Below, piece by piece: positions 1 to 9,740 of a stretch of DNA of 64,000 nucleotides; position 1 is the stretch's first letter; every line of letters begins with the position of its first letter. Origin of the DNA: an uncultured delta proteobacterium (GTDB lineage: Bacteria; Desulfobacterota; Binatia; DP-6); NCBI GenBank assembly GCA_963815115.1, contig CAWFFN010000005.1, forward strand, positions 1,152,001-1,216,000, read 5' to 3'. The notes below the pieces were generated by a model. That model was not told the DNA's origin. It did not search any database and saw only the letters and a program-made list of their open reading frames with translations. The position numbers and the translations under genes were made by a program.

Positions 1-189
1 GACGAGACCGCCGCACCGCTGACGATCGAGCACGTCGGCGCGGATTGCTTCCTCTGGGCCACCGACTACCCGCACCCCGACCATCCCAGCACGTGGGTGC
101 GCGCCCTCGAGCGCTTCGTGGAGCCGCTCGCCCCCGCTGCCCGCGCCAAGGTGCTGGGCGAGAACGTGGCGCGAATATACCGGCTCTAG
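1..189 (+). CDS. Amidohydrolase family protein, C-terminal part (partial)
   Basis: Frame 1 reads ...HVGADCFLWATDYPHPD...KVLGENVARIYRL*. The DYPH and GxNxxRxY motifs are typical of Amidohydro_2 C-termini. Confidence 0.8.
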   Translation, partial: DETAAPLTIEHVGADCFLWATDYPHPDHPSTWVRALERFVEPLAPAARAKVLGENVARIYRL

Positions 190-218
190 TAGTTGCCTCT
201 GGTCGGCCCCGAGAGCGA

Positions 219-488
219 TCAGTCCCAGTCACCATCGTGGTGATGGTGATGCTTGTGGTGCTTGTCCCAGTGTTCCCAGTGCTTCCAGTAGTGCTTGTGC
301 GGCGGAGGGCCGTAGTAGACCGGCGGCGAGTAGACCACCGCGGGTGGGGGAGTAACGACGACCGGCGGCCCGACTGGAGGGCCCGCATGTAAGGAGAATC
401 CGGGCGTGTGGATGGATACCCGAGCGCTCGCGGGTGCGATCAGCGCGCTGCAGGCCAGCAGCGTGGCAGCAAGTATCGTGGTTCGCAT
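219..488 (-). CDS. Small secreted Pro/His-rich protein
   Basis: GGAGG SD before ATG 488; signal peptide MRTTILAATLLACSALIAPASA; Pro-rich middle; His-rich tail KHHKHHHHHDGDWD. Confidence 0.75.
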   Translation of the reverse strand: MRTTILAATLLACSALIAPASARVSIHTPGFSLHAGPPVGPPVVVTPPPAVVYSPPVYYGPPPHKHYWKHWEHWDKHHKHHHHHDGDWD

Positions 489-799
489 CTGACGGACCTC
501 CTGCGTGTCGGTGAACCGTCCTCCCGCATGAAGGTTATGCGGGATACGCAACCGCACAAGACGCGATGTGCGACCGTTTTCGCGCGGGTACTGCGCCTTG
601 TCATCACGCAGACGCAGCGAGCGGGCGGTGCGCTCGGCGCCATCGAGTACTCAAGCGCCGTGTCCACCGTGGCTCCGCCGGTTGCGAAACGATCAGCATC
701 ACGGACTGACACGAAGCCACGGGCGCGATCACGCCGCGCCCGCGTCCGCTATTCCGCTCGCGGAAGCCGTCGTCGCGGCGGTTCGACTCCGGCCCGTTG

Positions 800-991
800 C
801 TACTGGCCGGTGACGCCCTGCTTGGTGGGGTGATGGGGTGGCCGCTGCTTGGTGGGATGATGGGGCGGCCGCTGCTGCTTGGTCGGGTGATGGGGTGGCT
901 TGCGGGGATGGGTCGTCGCCAGCACGGGCGCGGCGAGCATGCCCGACAGCGCGAGCGCGGACAGAGCGGTGCGCAGCTTGAGGGTGACCAT
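800..991 (-). CDS. Small secreted protein with 3x PPHHPTKQ repeats
   Basis: GGGAG SD; signal peptide MVTLKLRTALSALALSGMLAAPVLA; three tandem PPHHPTKQ units. Confidence 0.65.
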   Translation of the reverse strand: MVTLKLRTALSALALSGMLAAPVLATTHPRKPPHHPTKQQRPPHHPTKQRPPHHPTKQGVTGQ

Positions 992-1099
992 ATCGCCGAT
1001 TCTCCCTTCCATCCAGGAACACGCCGGAGGCGCCGGAGAGCGAGGAGCGGTCCGTTCGGTGGTTTCAGGACGGTCTGCGAGGTACGTCATGGCGTCGGG

Positions 1100-1342
1100 T
1101 CATTTGCAATGCCTGGTGGCACGCCGTGACCCCGAACAGGTGCCACTGGTGCACTGGCTGTTCCGTGTGCACGGTGCGCCGGAGGGGTGCGTGCGCGTCC
1201 GACCGCTTCGGCAGATTGCACCCTGGCAGTAGCGGGAGGCGCATTGCCGGTCGAACCGACAATGCGAGCCGTCTGGCATCCTCGCGAAGCTCGACGTCGC
1301 CAGCAACATCACCAGGCCTCCTGCCAGAACGAGACGATGCAT
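1100..1342 (-). CDS. Small secreted Cys-rich protein
   Basis: AAGGAGG SD; signal peptide; two GxxCxxxxQCxSxxC repeats, 8 Cys in total. Confidence 0.75.
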   Translation of the reverse strand: MHRLVLAGGLVMLLATSSFARMPDGSHCRFDRQCASRYCQGAICRSGRTRTHPSGAPCTRNSQCTSGTCSGSRRATRHCK

Positions 1343-1454
1343 CGTGATTTCCTCCTTGTGGATGTTGTCGCAACGAGAGGAGCGGTGCCAAGAGGGCCCG
1401 AGTAGTCCGTTGGCACAGGCGCCGCGGCGTCGGAAGAGCCGTCCCGTCCACCGA

Positions 1455-2228
1455 TCATTTCGAGCTCCGTATCGGGCGGCGGCGCCGGAGCATGCGGAGA
1501 TAGGCCCAGCCGGCGAGTCCGGCGAAGAGGTGCTTGAGCGTGTGGCCGCTGACGAGGTGGCCCAGGCGGTAGACCGGCTCGTCCAGAACTTCGAAGACCT
1601 TGGCGAGGCCGTAGAGCGCGACGGCGAGGAGAAGCTCCCGGCCGCCGGTGTAGCGCGGCGGAAAGAGAACGACCATGAGCGGGATCGCGAGCACCGCCAT
1701 TGCCTGGATGAGGAAGTAGAACCGGAGATCGCCGCGCGCGACCCAGTAGACCACGCTTCCAGCTCCGGCGGCGACCAGCGGGAAGAACAGGACTGCGCCC
1801 CACCGGAGGCTCACCCGCTCGATGATCGTGATGCCCAGGAGCGCGCTGAAGAGCAGTCCCAGCGGCAAGCGGTCCCAGAACAGGCTGCGGTCGTTCGGAT
1901 CCCAGTGGTAGTAGGCGGACCCGAACGCCGTGAGGAAGAGGGCGAGCATGAGGACGGCCGAGGGCGCGCGCTCCCAGCTCTCGCGGAACGAGGGGGAGGG
2001 CCGCGCCACGAACCGGAGACCGAGCGCGCCCACGACGAGGAAGGGTAGGTTCGAAAGAACGTTCAGCGCGTTGGGAAGATTCCGGAATCCACGCGTGTCG
2101 GCGAACTCATGGTAGCTCGTCCACTGGTGGAGGGCCGGAAGCGCGAGCGTGACGCCGAGGGCCGCCAGGCCCAGTCCGGCAAGGAGGAGCGCGCGAGGGT
2201 CGTATCGGTCGGGGATCACGTCACGCAT
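1455..2228 (-). CDS. Alkaline phytoceramidase-like (CREST superfamily) membrane hydrolase
   Basis: YHEFAD, NVLSNLPF, GSAYYH, WDRLP and SGHTLKH motifs; multiple TM segments. Confidence 0.8.
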   Translation of the reverse strand: MRDVIPDRYDPRALLLAGLGLAALGVTLALPALHQWTSYHEFADTRGFRNLPNALNVLSNLPFLVVGALGLRFVARPSPSFRESWERAPSAVLMLALFLTAFGSAYYHWDPNDRSLFWDRLPLGLLFSALLGITIIERVSLRWGAVLFFPLVAAGAGSVVYWVARGDLRFYFLIQAMAVLAIPLMVVLFPPRYTGGRELLLAVALYGLAKVFEVLDEPVYRLGHLVSGHTLKHLFAGLAGWAYLRMLRRRRPIRSSK

Positions 2229-2282
2229 GATGATGAGGGCGGGCCGCCCGTGCATTGCCGTCCTTGCCCCCCCGACAGGCGG

Positions 2283-3845
2283 CTATTTGCCGGAGGCGAC
2301 TCGCAGCGACTCGGCCAGATGCCATGCGTGGTAGAGGGAGCCATCGGCCCACGCGAGCGTCTCGAGAACGGTGCGGGCCGTCGCCGCGGGTACGCGTTGC
2401 AGGGCGACATCCTCCAAGGTCTTCTCGCGGCCGGCCCTGCATTCGGCGCTGAGCCGTTTCGAGGCATCTTCGAGCGCCGCGAAGATGGCCGGGTCGGGTG
2501 CCGATTCGGGGTCCTTCGTCGCGCCGAGCCACGCGGCGAGTGCCTGGGCGCCCGCAGCGAAGGCCCCGGGGGGCTTCCCGCCGCCGACGGCAGATGGGAT
2601 GCGCGTCAGGTCGTCGTGCAGCTGGGTGAGATGATCCAGCGCGTGTGTGAGGCGGACGAGGCGGGGCCCGATCGTCCCCAGATCGGTGGTTTCCAGCGAG
2701 AGCGATTCGAGGAAATGCTCGATCTGCTGGACCGAGTCGACCGGAGGGTCCTGGGTTGCGGATGCGCCGGCGAGCGTGCTGCGGACCGCATCGACGGCAG
2801 GGTGCGCGACCTCCAGGATCGCACGCCATGCCGCCTCGAGCGCGATGGGCGCTCCCGCGTCGGCCAGGGCGGGCTCGAGGCGGCCGACGGCCGACTCGCT
2901 TCCGCTTCCGGAGATCCGGACGATGAGCTGGGCGAAGCGATCGATCCAGGGCAAGAAGGCCGCGATTCCCGCAAACTTGAAGATGCTGCTGAACGCCGCG
3001 AGCGCCAGCACGCCGTCGGGATCGTAGAGCCGACCACCCACCCAGTCCGCGGCTGCCGCCAGCGGCCGGAGAAACAGCATCCCCAGGATGCCGACGATCG
3101 AGCTGAAGAGGATGTGCGCCAGCGCCGCGCGGCGCACCGCGAGGCCGCCGCCGATCATCACCAGCGCGCTCGTCGCCGTCGTTCCGATGCTCTGCCCGAC
3201 GATCATGGCGCAGCCCTGCTCGAAGGTCACCGAGCCCGCATTCAGCGCGACGAGCGTCACCGCAGCGGCCGCGGTCGAGCTCTGCATGACGATCGTCATG
3301 ACGATCCCGATGCCGGCGAGAATCCATTGCGAGCCGGGACCCGTGAACGCCTCGAAGTTCCACGAGACGCCCTTCATCCCCGTCTGCATGTACTCGATCG
3401 CGGTGAAGAGCAGTCCGAACCCCGCGAGGATCGCGCCGAGCGAGCGTGTCTTCCCCTTGGCGACTATCCACATCAGGGCGCCGACGCCGAGGATGGGAAG
3501 CGCCGCGGTCGCGATCCGCACCCGAAAGCCGAAGATCGCCAGCAGCCACGGCGTCGAGGTGGTGCCGAGCGTCGCACCCATGATGACCCCGATCGCCTGG
3601 GAGAAGGTGACCAGTCCCACGCTGACGAAGCCGATGACGGTGAGGATGGCCGCGGTGGACGACTGGATCAGCGCCGTGAAGACCGCGCCGGACGCGACGG
3701 CGCTGAATCGCCCGGACACGAGCCTCTGGAGTCCGCGGCGGAGCGAATCGCCCGCAAGCCCCTTCAGGCCTTCGGTGAGGTGGTGGATGCCGAGCAGGAA
3801 CAGGCCGAGCCCACCCAGGAGGGTCACGGCGGAGTAGGTGTTCAT
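2283..3845 (-). CDS. Na/Pi cotransporter family protein
   Basis: Two QSS(T)A repeats and GATLGTT/GQSIGTT signature motifs. Confidence 0.9.
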   Translation of the reverse strand: MNTYSAVTLLGGLGLFLLGIHHLTEGLKGLAGDSLRRGLQRLVSGRFSAVASGAVFTALIQSSTAAILTVIGFVSVGLVTFSQAIGVIMGATLGTTSTPWLLAIFGFRVRIATAALPILGVGALMWIVAKGKTRSLGAILAGFGLLFTAIEYMQTGMKGVSWNFEAFTGPGSQWILAGIGIVMTIVMQSSTAAAAVTLVALNAGSVTFEQGCAMIVGQSIGTTATSALVMIGGGLAVRRAALAHILFSSIVGILGMLFLRPLAAAADWVGGRLYDPDGVLALAAFSSIFKFAGIAAFLPWIDRFAQLIVRISGSGSESAVGRLEPALADAGAPIALEAAWRAILEVAHPAVDAVRSTLAGASATQDPPVDSVQQIEHFLESLSLETTDLGTIGPRLVRLTHALDHLTQLHDDLTRIPSAVGGGKPPGAFAAGAQALAAWLGATKDPESAPDPAIFAALEDASKRLSAECRAGREKTLEDVALQRVPAATARTVLETLAWADGSLYHAWHLAESLRVASGK

Positions 3846-3904
3846 GGGCTACTCGTGCCGGCGTTCACGACGCCGGCCGTGTCGTCCCGAAGCGATCCGT
3901 CATC

Positions 3905-4052
3905 GCGGGATGCCGCTGTCCACCACATACCTCTCGAATTCGGCGCAGACCTCGTGAAGAGCGCCGGCGGGCGCCTTCGAGAAGAATCCCATCACGGATT
4001 CGACCGTGGCGGCTTGTACCAGCTGCGGTCGAAGATTGCGATCTCCCCGCAG
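3905..4052 (-). pseudogene. Degenerate ppk2 fragment
   Basis: Reads GEIAIFDRSWY.../VESVMGFF/..VCAEFERYVVDSGI across frameshifts, aligning by eye to the intact PPK2 at 7587-8381. Confidence 0.75.
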
Positions 4053-4306
4053 TCACCTCGATCGTCGCCAACCGCCGCGCTCGTCGAGGCAATCGCGCGT
4101 CATGGGCAGATCGGCGCCTCCCGAGCGAACGCCCATTGACGCCCTGGCCCCATCGGAGGTACGGGGCGGGCGATTCAATCAGCAATGCGCTGAACGACGT
4201 GCTCGAGCTCCGGAGCGTCGCCTTCGTGATGGATGGCGGACTGGTCGTCGAGGATGCGCTGACGCACTGAGCAGGCCCTCGACACCTGTCCTGAAGGAGG
4301 ATCGCG

Positions 4307-4708
4307 ATGCAGACAGCGTTGGCCAAGCGGATGGACGAGCTGGTCGAGTGCGGCTGGGAACCCGTCACGACCACGGAGACCAGCGCATCCCTCATCGGGA
4401 GGCGGCCCTTCAACTGGTGGATGTTCCTGTTCGTCGTGATCTTCTTTCCGTTCTTCGGCGGCATTCTGTATCTGATCTTCTGGCTCGCGACCTCCCGGGC
4501 GACGGTCTTCCTTCATCAGGACGGGGAGCAGGTCCACGAAGCTGGCGACCTGTGGCTCGTCCGGCTGCAGGAGGCGCGCCGCGAGGCCCTGATCGCGGAG
4601 CAGCGGCAAATCAAGGAACGGGGCTTCCTGGCCGTGATGTGGCCGCAGCTCCTCGTCTATCTCGTGCTGCTGTTCCTGTGGATCACGATCCTGCGCCGGT
4701 ACTGGTAG
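4307..4708 (+). CDS. Hypothetical membrane protein
   Basis: AGGAGG SD; hydrophobic segments; directly upstream of the ATPase. Confidence 0.7.
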   Translation: MQTALAKRMDELVECGWEPVTTTETSASLIGRRPFNWWMFLFVVIFFPFFGGILYLIFWLATSRATVFLHQDGEQVHEAGDLWLVRLQEARREALIAEQRQIKERGFLAVMWPQLLVYLVLLFLWITILRRYW

Positions 4709-4755
4709 TCGAGCGTGTCTCCCCGCGGAGGCGGGTGGCGGAAGGGAGCCTGCGG

Positions 4756-7506
4756 ATGAATGGTGCGGCCAACGCTGGACCCGCGAGCGAAGCCACGGCG
4801 TGGCATGCGATCGCCGCCGACGAGGTCGTGCGGCGGCTCGACAGCCGAACCGACTCGGGCCTCGATGCAGCCGAGGCCAAGCGCCGCCTGGAGAAATACG
4901 GCCCCAACAGCTTGCCGGAAGCCGCCAAGCAGGGTCCGTTCATGCGACTCCTGCTCCAGTTCAACAACGTGCTGGTCTACGTTCTGCTGGGCGCCGGATT
5001 CATCAAGGCGATGATGGGTCTGTGGCTCGACGCGTCGGTCATCCTCGGCGTCGTCATCCTGAACGCGCTGCTCGGGTTCGTTCAGGAGGGCAGGGCGGAG
5101 AAGGCGCTGGATTCCATCCGCGGCATGCTGTCGGCGGAAGCCCGGACGGTGCGCGGCGGGGAGCCCCGCATGGTGCCGGCAGAGGCGCTGGTGCCGGGCG
5201 ACGTCGTGCTTCTCGAATCGGGCGACCGGATTCCGGCGGACCTGCGCCTCGCCGACGTCAAGAACCTGCGAACGGAGGAAGCGGCGCTCACCGGCGAGTC
5301 GGTTCCCGCGGACAAGTCGACCGCCGCCGTGGCCGCGAACGCCACCGTCGGGGATCGCGCGGGCATGGCGTTCTCCGGTACGCTGGTGGTGTCCGGCCGC
5401 GCGACGGGGGTCGTCGTCGGGACGGGCAGCGACACGGAGCTGGGCCGCATCAACCAGATGCTCGCCGGGGTCAGTGCCCTCGAGACTCCGCTCCTGCGTC
5501 AGATCAAGAAGTTCGGATCCGCCATCACCGCCGTCATCCTCGTGGTGAGCGCGCTGATATTCGCCTTCGGCCATTGGGTGCGGGAGATGCCCTTCGTGGA
5601 GCTCTTCCAGGCGGTCACCGGCATCGCGGTGTCGGCCATTCCGGAGGGGCTGCCCGCGCTCATCACGATCACGCTCGCGATCGGCGTGCAGCGAATGGCC
5701 CGGCGCAATGCCATCATCCGGCGCCTGCCGGCCGTGGAGACCCTGGGATCGGTGTCCCGCATCTGCTCGGACAAGACCGGCACGCTCACGCTCATGGAGA
5801 TGATGGTGGTATCGGCCGTCACCGCCGAATCGGCTTACCAGGTCACCGGCGACGGCTATGCGAACGAGGGGCAGGTCCTGCTGGACGGACGGCCCGCGGG
5901 CGATGATCGCGTCCTCGAGCTCATCGGGCGCGTCTCCATGCTGTGCAACGATTCGGAGCTCCGTCAGGAGGAAGGGACCTGGAAGGTGGAGGGCGATCCG
6001 ACCGAGGGAGCCCTCTACCCCTTCGCGTCCAAGCTCGGGCTGGAACGGCGCGCCGAGCAAGCCGCCGCTCCGCGCGTCGACGCCATCCCGTTCGAATCGG
6101 AGCACCGGTTCATGGCGACCTTGCATGGCTCGTCCGGCGGCGCTCAGGTCCTGTTCGTCAAGGGTGCACCGGAAGTCATCCTCGATCATTGCGACCGGCA
6201 GGAGACCAAGCGCGGAGAGCACGCGCCGATCGATCGCGATCATTGGATGAAGGCGTCGGACAGGCTCGCGGGGAACGGTGAGCGTGTGCTGGCCCTGGCG
6301 TGGCTCGACGACCCGGGGGTCACGGCGGGGAGTCTCGGTCCGGAAGATCTGCCGAAGCACCTGGTCCTGCTCGGTCTGATCGGGCTGCTCGATCCGCCGC
6401 GCAAGGAGGCCATCGAGGCCATCAAGGAATGTCATGGCGGCGGCATCCGCGTGACGATGATCACGGGGGATCACAAGATCACCGCCGCGGCCATCGCCAA
6501 GATGCTGGGCATCGGCGACGGGACGACGGCGCTCACCGGGGCGGAGATCGAGGGAACGGACAACGCGACGCTGCAGGAGCGGGTCCGCGACTGCGATGTC
6601 TTCGCGCGCGCCAGCCCCGAGCACAAGCTCCGACTGGTGAAGGCGATCAAGGCGAACAAGCAGATCGTGGCGATGACCGGCGACGGGGTGAACGACGCCC
6701 CGGCCCTCAAGAAGGCCGACATCGGCGTCGCCATGGGCATCAAGGGCACCGAGGTCACGAAGGAGGCTGCCGCGATGGTGCTCGCCGACGACAATTTCGC
6801 CTCGATCGCGGCGGCCGTACGGGAAGGCCGTACGGTCTACAACAACATCGAGAAGGCCATGCTGTTCATGCTGCCGACCAACATCGCCCAGGCGCTGGTC
6901 ATCATGGCGGCCATCTTCGTCGGCTTCACCTCACCGATCACGGCGCCGCAGATCCTCTGGGTCAACATGGTGACGTCCGTGGCGCTCGGGCTGGTCATTT
7001 CCTTCGAGCCGCACGAGCTGGACGTGATGCAGCGCCCGCCCCGGGCGGTCGACCGCCCGATCGTCGACGCGTTCGGTATCTGGCGCATCGTCTTCGTCGG
7101 TGCGTTGCTGCTCGCGCTCACCCTGGGGGCGTTCTTCTGGGCCAAGTCCCAGGATGCATCCGACGATCTCGCCCGGACGCTCGCCGTGAACGCCCTGGTC
7201 ATCGGCCAGGTCTTCTACCTGCTCAACAGCCGCTACAAGCTCGACTCGTCGCTGTCCCTGCGGGCGCACCTCGGCAACTCGTACCTTCCGCTCGGTATCG
7301 GCGCGGTCGTCGTCCTGCAGCTCCTCTTCACCTACGCGCCGCCGCTCCAGGCGCTGTTCCACACCGAATCCATGCCGCTCCGCTACTGGCCGCCCCTCTT
7401 TGTCGGGGGCTTCCTCTTCTTCCTCGTCGTGGAAGCCGAGAAATTCATCCTCCGTACCCGGTCTTCGTCACGAGGAGTTCCCGCGCCGGCGCTATCGAGG
7501 GTGTGA
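4756..7506 (+). CDS. Cation-transporting P-type ATPase (type II, PacL/CtpF-like)
   Basis: TGES, PEGL, DKTGTLT, TGD and GDGVNDAPAL motifs; start at ATG 4756 after a GGGAG SD. Confidence 0.95.
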   Translation: MNGAANAGPASEATAWHAIAADEVVRRLDSRTDSGLDAAEAKRRLEKYGPNSLPEAAKQGPFMRLLLQFNNVLVYVLLGAGFIKAMMGLWLDASVILGVVILNALLGFVQEGRAEKALDSIRGMLSAEARTVRGGEPRMVPAEALVPGDVVLLESGDRIPADLRLADVKNLRTEEAALTGESVPADKSTAAVAANATVGDRAGMAFSGTLVVSGRATGVVVGTGSDTELGRINQMLAGVSALETPLLRQIKKFGSAITAVILVVSALIFAFGHWVREMPFVELFQAVTGIAVSAIPEGLPALITITLAIGVQRMARRNAIIRRLPAVETLGSVSRICSDKTGTLTLMEMMVVSAVTAESAYQVTGDGYANEGQVLLDGRPAGDDRVLELIGRVSMLCNDSELRQEEGTWKVEGDPTEGALYPFASKLGLERRAEQAAAPRVDAIPFESEHRFMATLHGSSGGAQVLFVKGAPEVILDHCDRQETKRGEHAPIDRDHWMKASDRLAGNGERVLALAWLDDPGVTAGSLGPEDLPKHLVLLGLIGLLDPPRKEAIEAIKECHGGGIRVTMITGDHKITAAAIAKMLGIGDGTTALTGAEIEGTDNATLQERVRDCDVFARASPEHKLRLVKAIKANKQIVAMTGDGVNDAPALKKADIGVAMGIKGTEVTKEAAAMVLADDNFASIAAAVREGRTVYNNIEKAMLFMLPTNIAQALVIMAAIFVGFTSPITAPQILWVNMVTSVALGLVISFEPHELDVMQRPPRAVDRPIVDAFGIWRIVFVGALLLALTLGAFFWAKSQDASDDLARTLAVNALVIGQVFYLLNSRYKLDSSLSLRAHLGNSYLPLGIGAVVVLQLLFTYAPPLQALFHTESMPLRYWPPLFVGGFLFFLVVEAEKFILRTRSSSRGVPAPALSRV

Positions 7507-7542
7507 ACGTTCTGCCGCGCCGGCTCCGCCGGCCGCGGCACG
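7507..7542. repeat. REP-like palindromic repeat (single copy)
   Basis: ACGTTCTGCCGCGCCGGCTCCGCCGGCCGCGGCACG, near-identical to 26545-26580; lies between convergent genes. Confidence 0.75.
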
Positions 7543-7586
7543 CCGTTGATCTCCGGCCGCGGTCGTCCCGAGCTCGGATCGAACTC

Positions 7587-8381
7587 TCAATACCGGTCCC
7601 GCACGAACCGTTTGCCCTTGAGCGTCGCCTGATCGTCGTAGGCGCGCTTCGTCGAGCGCTTCGGGACTTTTATCTTCTTCCGCGGCACCTTCTTGTAGGG
7701 GATCAGGCCGAGCAGGTGGCTGATGCAGTTCAGCCGCGCGCGCCGCTTGTCGTCCGATCGAACGACGTGCCAGGGCGCAAACTCCGTGTCCGTGGCCTCG
7801 AGCATCATGTCGCGCGCTCGCGAGTACTCGAACCATCTGCTGCGCGAGCACAGGTCCGTCGGGCTCAGCTTCCACTGTCGCAGCGGATCCGTGATGCGCG
7901 CCTCGAAGCGCCGCTTCTGCTCCACGTCGCTCACTTCCAGCCAGTACTTGACGAGCATGATGCCGTCGTCGACGACGTAGCGCTCGAACTCGGGGCACAC
8001 CACGAGAAACCGCCGGTGCTGGGCCTCGGAGCAGAACCCCATCACGTACTCGACGCCGGCCCGGTTGTACCAGCTGCGGTCGAAGATCACGATTTCGCCG
8101 GCCGCCGGCAAGTGCCGGACGAAGCGCTGCATGTACAGCTGTGACCGTTCGCGGTCGGATGGCGCGGGGAGCGCCACCACGCGGAACACTCTCGGGCTGA
8201 CGCGTTCGGTGATGGCCTTGATCGTGCCGCCCTTGCCGGCCGCGTCGCGTCCTTCGAAGACCACGACCACGCGCAGACCCTTCTCCTTGACCCAGTCCTG
8301 CAGCATGCACAGCTCGACCTGGAGCGAGCGCAGGTGCGCTTCGTATTCCTTGCGCTTCATCGGGTCGCGGGCGGTCGCCAT
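7587..8381 (-). CDS. ppk2: Polyphosphate kinase 2
   Basis: FEGRDAAGKGG Walker A, FDRSWY and WKLSP motifs. Confidence 0.95.
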   Translation of the reverse strand: MATARDPMKRKEYEAHLRSLQVELCMLQDWVKEKGLRVVVVFEGRDAAGKGGTIKAITERVSPRVFRVVALPAPSDRERSQLYMQRFVRHLPAAGEIVIFDRSWYNRAGVEYVMGFCSEAQHRRFLVVCPEFERYVVDDGIMLVKYWLEVSDVEQKRRFEARITDPLRQWKLSPTDLCSRSRWFEYSRARDMMLEATDTEFAPWHVVRSDDKRRARLNCISHLLGLIPYKKVPRKKIKVPKRSTKRAYDDQATLKGKRFVRDRY

Positions 8382-8633
8382 CAGTCCAGTCCCCCTTCGT
8401 CGCGTGTCGTGCCAGGTTCGTCAGCGGGTCGCCTCGAGAGCGTCGCGCTGGTCCGGCATCGGTAGTGGACTTCTTAGTCTCGTCGCCCTGATCTTGTCGA
8501 CTCGCCGCCGGGCTGCGACGAACCGTACCGGCCGTGGACACGGATCGAACCGCACCCGGCGCAGCGTAGACGGCACGGGCGCCGTGAGCGGACGGCAAGA
8601 GCTTCGCTTCGTCGACGAGCCGGACGCGGCCCG

Positions 8634-9596
8634 TCACGATGCGAGCCGCTCGGGCGCCGCCTCCTCGCGTGCGCGAGCCAGGAAGACGGTGAAACACGCC
8701 CCGGCTTCCGGTTCGTTCTTCACGGTGACCCGGCCGCCGTGCTCCTGTACGATCGCCTGCACCACGGCGAGCCCGAGGCCGGTGCCCTCGCCGACCGGCT
8801 TCGTCGTGTAGAAGGGCTCGAAGACGTGCGGCAGGTGTTCGGCCGCGATGCCGGATCCCTCGTCGGTCACGCGGAGCCATATCCAGTCGGCGGCAGCGCG
8901 CCCGTGCGGTCCGGGAGCCTCGCCGATCTCCACCCGGAGCCGGCCGCCTTCCGTCATGGCCTGGATCCCGTTCATCACCACGTTGGTCACGACCTGCTGG
9001 AGCTGCGTCTTGTCGCCACGGACGAGGACCGGCTGCTCGGGCAGCGCGAGATCGACCCGGACCTGGTGCTTCTCGGCCAGCGGCTCGACCATGGCGAGCG
9101 AGCTGGATACCACCTGGCGAACGTCGATGAGCGCCATCGACGATGCCTGACGCCGCGCATAGTCCAGGAGCTGGCGCACGATCGCCGTCATCCGAGCCGA
9201 CTGGTCGAGAATCGCTGCGGCACTCGCCTGCGCTTCGCGGCCGGTGGCCTCACCCGATGCGATCAGCCGCGCTCGCACCCCGATGACGCTCAACGGTGTG
9301 CCCAGCTCGTGGGCGACACCGGAAGCCAGGTGACCGATGGTCTGCAGGCGATCGGCATGCTGAAGTCGCTCGCGCGCCACGATCCGCTCGCTCGCGGCAT
9401 TCGGCTCCTTCGCCGGCCCGCCGCGCTCGTCGTGGCGATCGAGCGCGATCGGTCGCAGCGCCCTGCCACGACCGAGTGCCCGCACCGACTGCCGGATCAG
9501 GGCGACGGGACGCTTGACCAACCACGCACCCAGGGCCGCCGCGAGCCGGTCGCTCGATGAGAAGTACGACCAAGGAGCGACCACCGAATGAGGCAT
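8634..9596 (-). CDS. Sensor histidine kinase, probably N-terminally truncated
   Basis: H-box AHELGTPL; N, G1 (DEGSG), F (FEPFYTTK) and G2 (GTGLGL) boxes; eroded HAMP; no sensor domain. Start uncertain. Confidence 0.8.
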   Translation of the reverse strand: MPHSVVAPWSYFSSSDRLAAALGAWLVKRPVALIRQSVRALGRGRALRPIALDRHDERGGPAKEPNAASERIVARERLQHADRLQTIGHLASGVAHELGTPLSVIGVRARLIASGEATGREAQASAAAILDQSARMTAIVRQLLDYARRQASSMALIDVRQVVSSSLAMVEPLAEKHQVRVDLALPEQPVLVRGDKTQLQQVVTNVVMNGIQAMTEGGRLRVEIGEAPGPHGRAAADWIWLRVTDEGSGIAAEHLPHVFEPFYTTKPVGEGTGLGLAVVQAIVQEHGGRVTVKNEPEAGACFTVFLARAREEAAPERLAS

Positions 9597-9740
9597 GTGC
9601 AAACCAGGACGATCCGGCCGCAAAGGATGTGTCGATCCCGGCAGCCCTTGCCCTCCGAGACACGGCCAGGCGGCTCTTCATCACCGAGGAGGGACGGCTC
9701 GGCCGAAACTCCATCCATGCCTTTGACACACACCGAGCTG

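Noticed and set aside
760-805. GGTTCGACTCC, resembling a tRNA T-loop or att remnant
   Set aside because: The T-stem is imperfect, no cloverleaf forms, and the flanks match neither tRNA in the window.
1360-1400. TGGCAC...TTGC upstream of the Cys-rich gene as a sigma-54 promoter
   Set aside because: The GG-to-GC spacing is not 10 nt.
4006-4755. 250-aa N-terminal extension of the P-type ATPase
   Set aside because: It overlaps the SD-supported 4307-4708 gene in another frame and has Arg-rich shadow composition.
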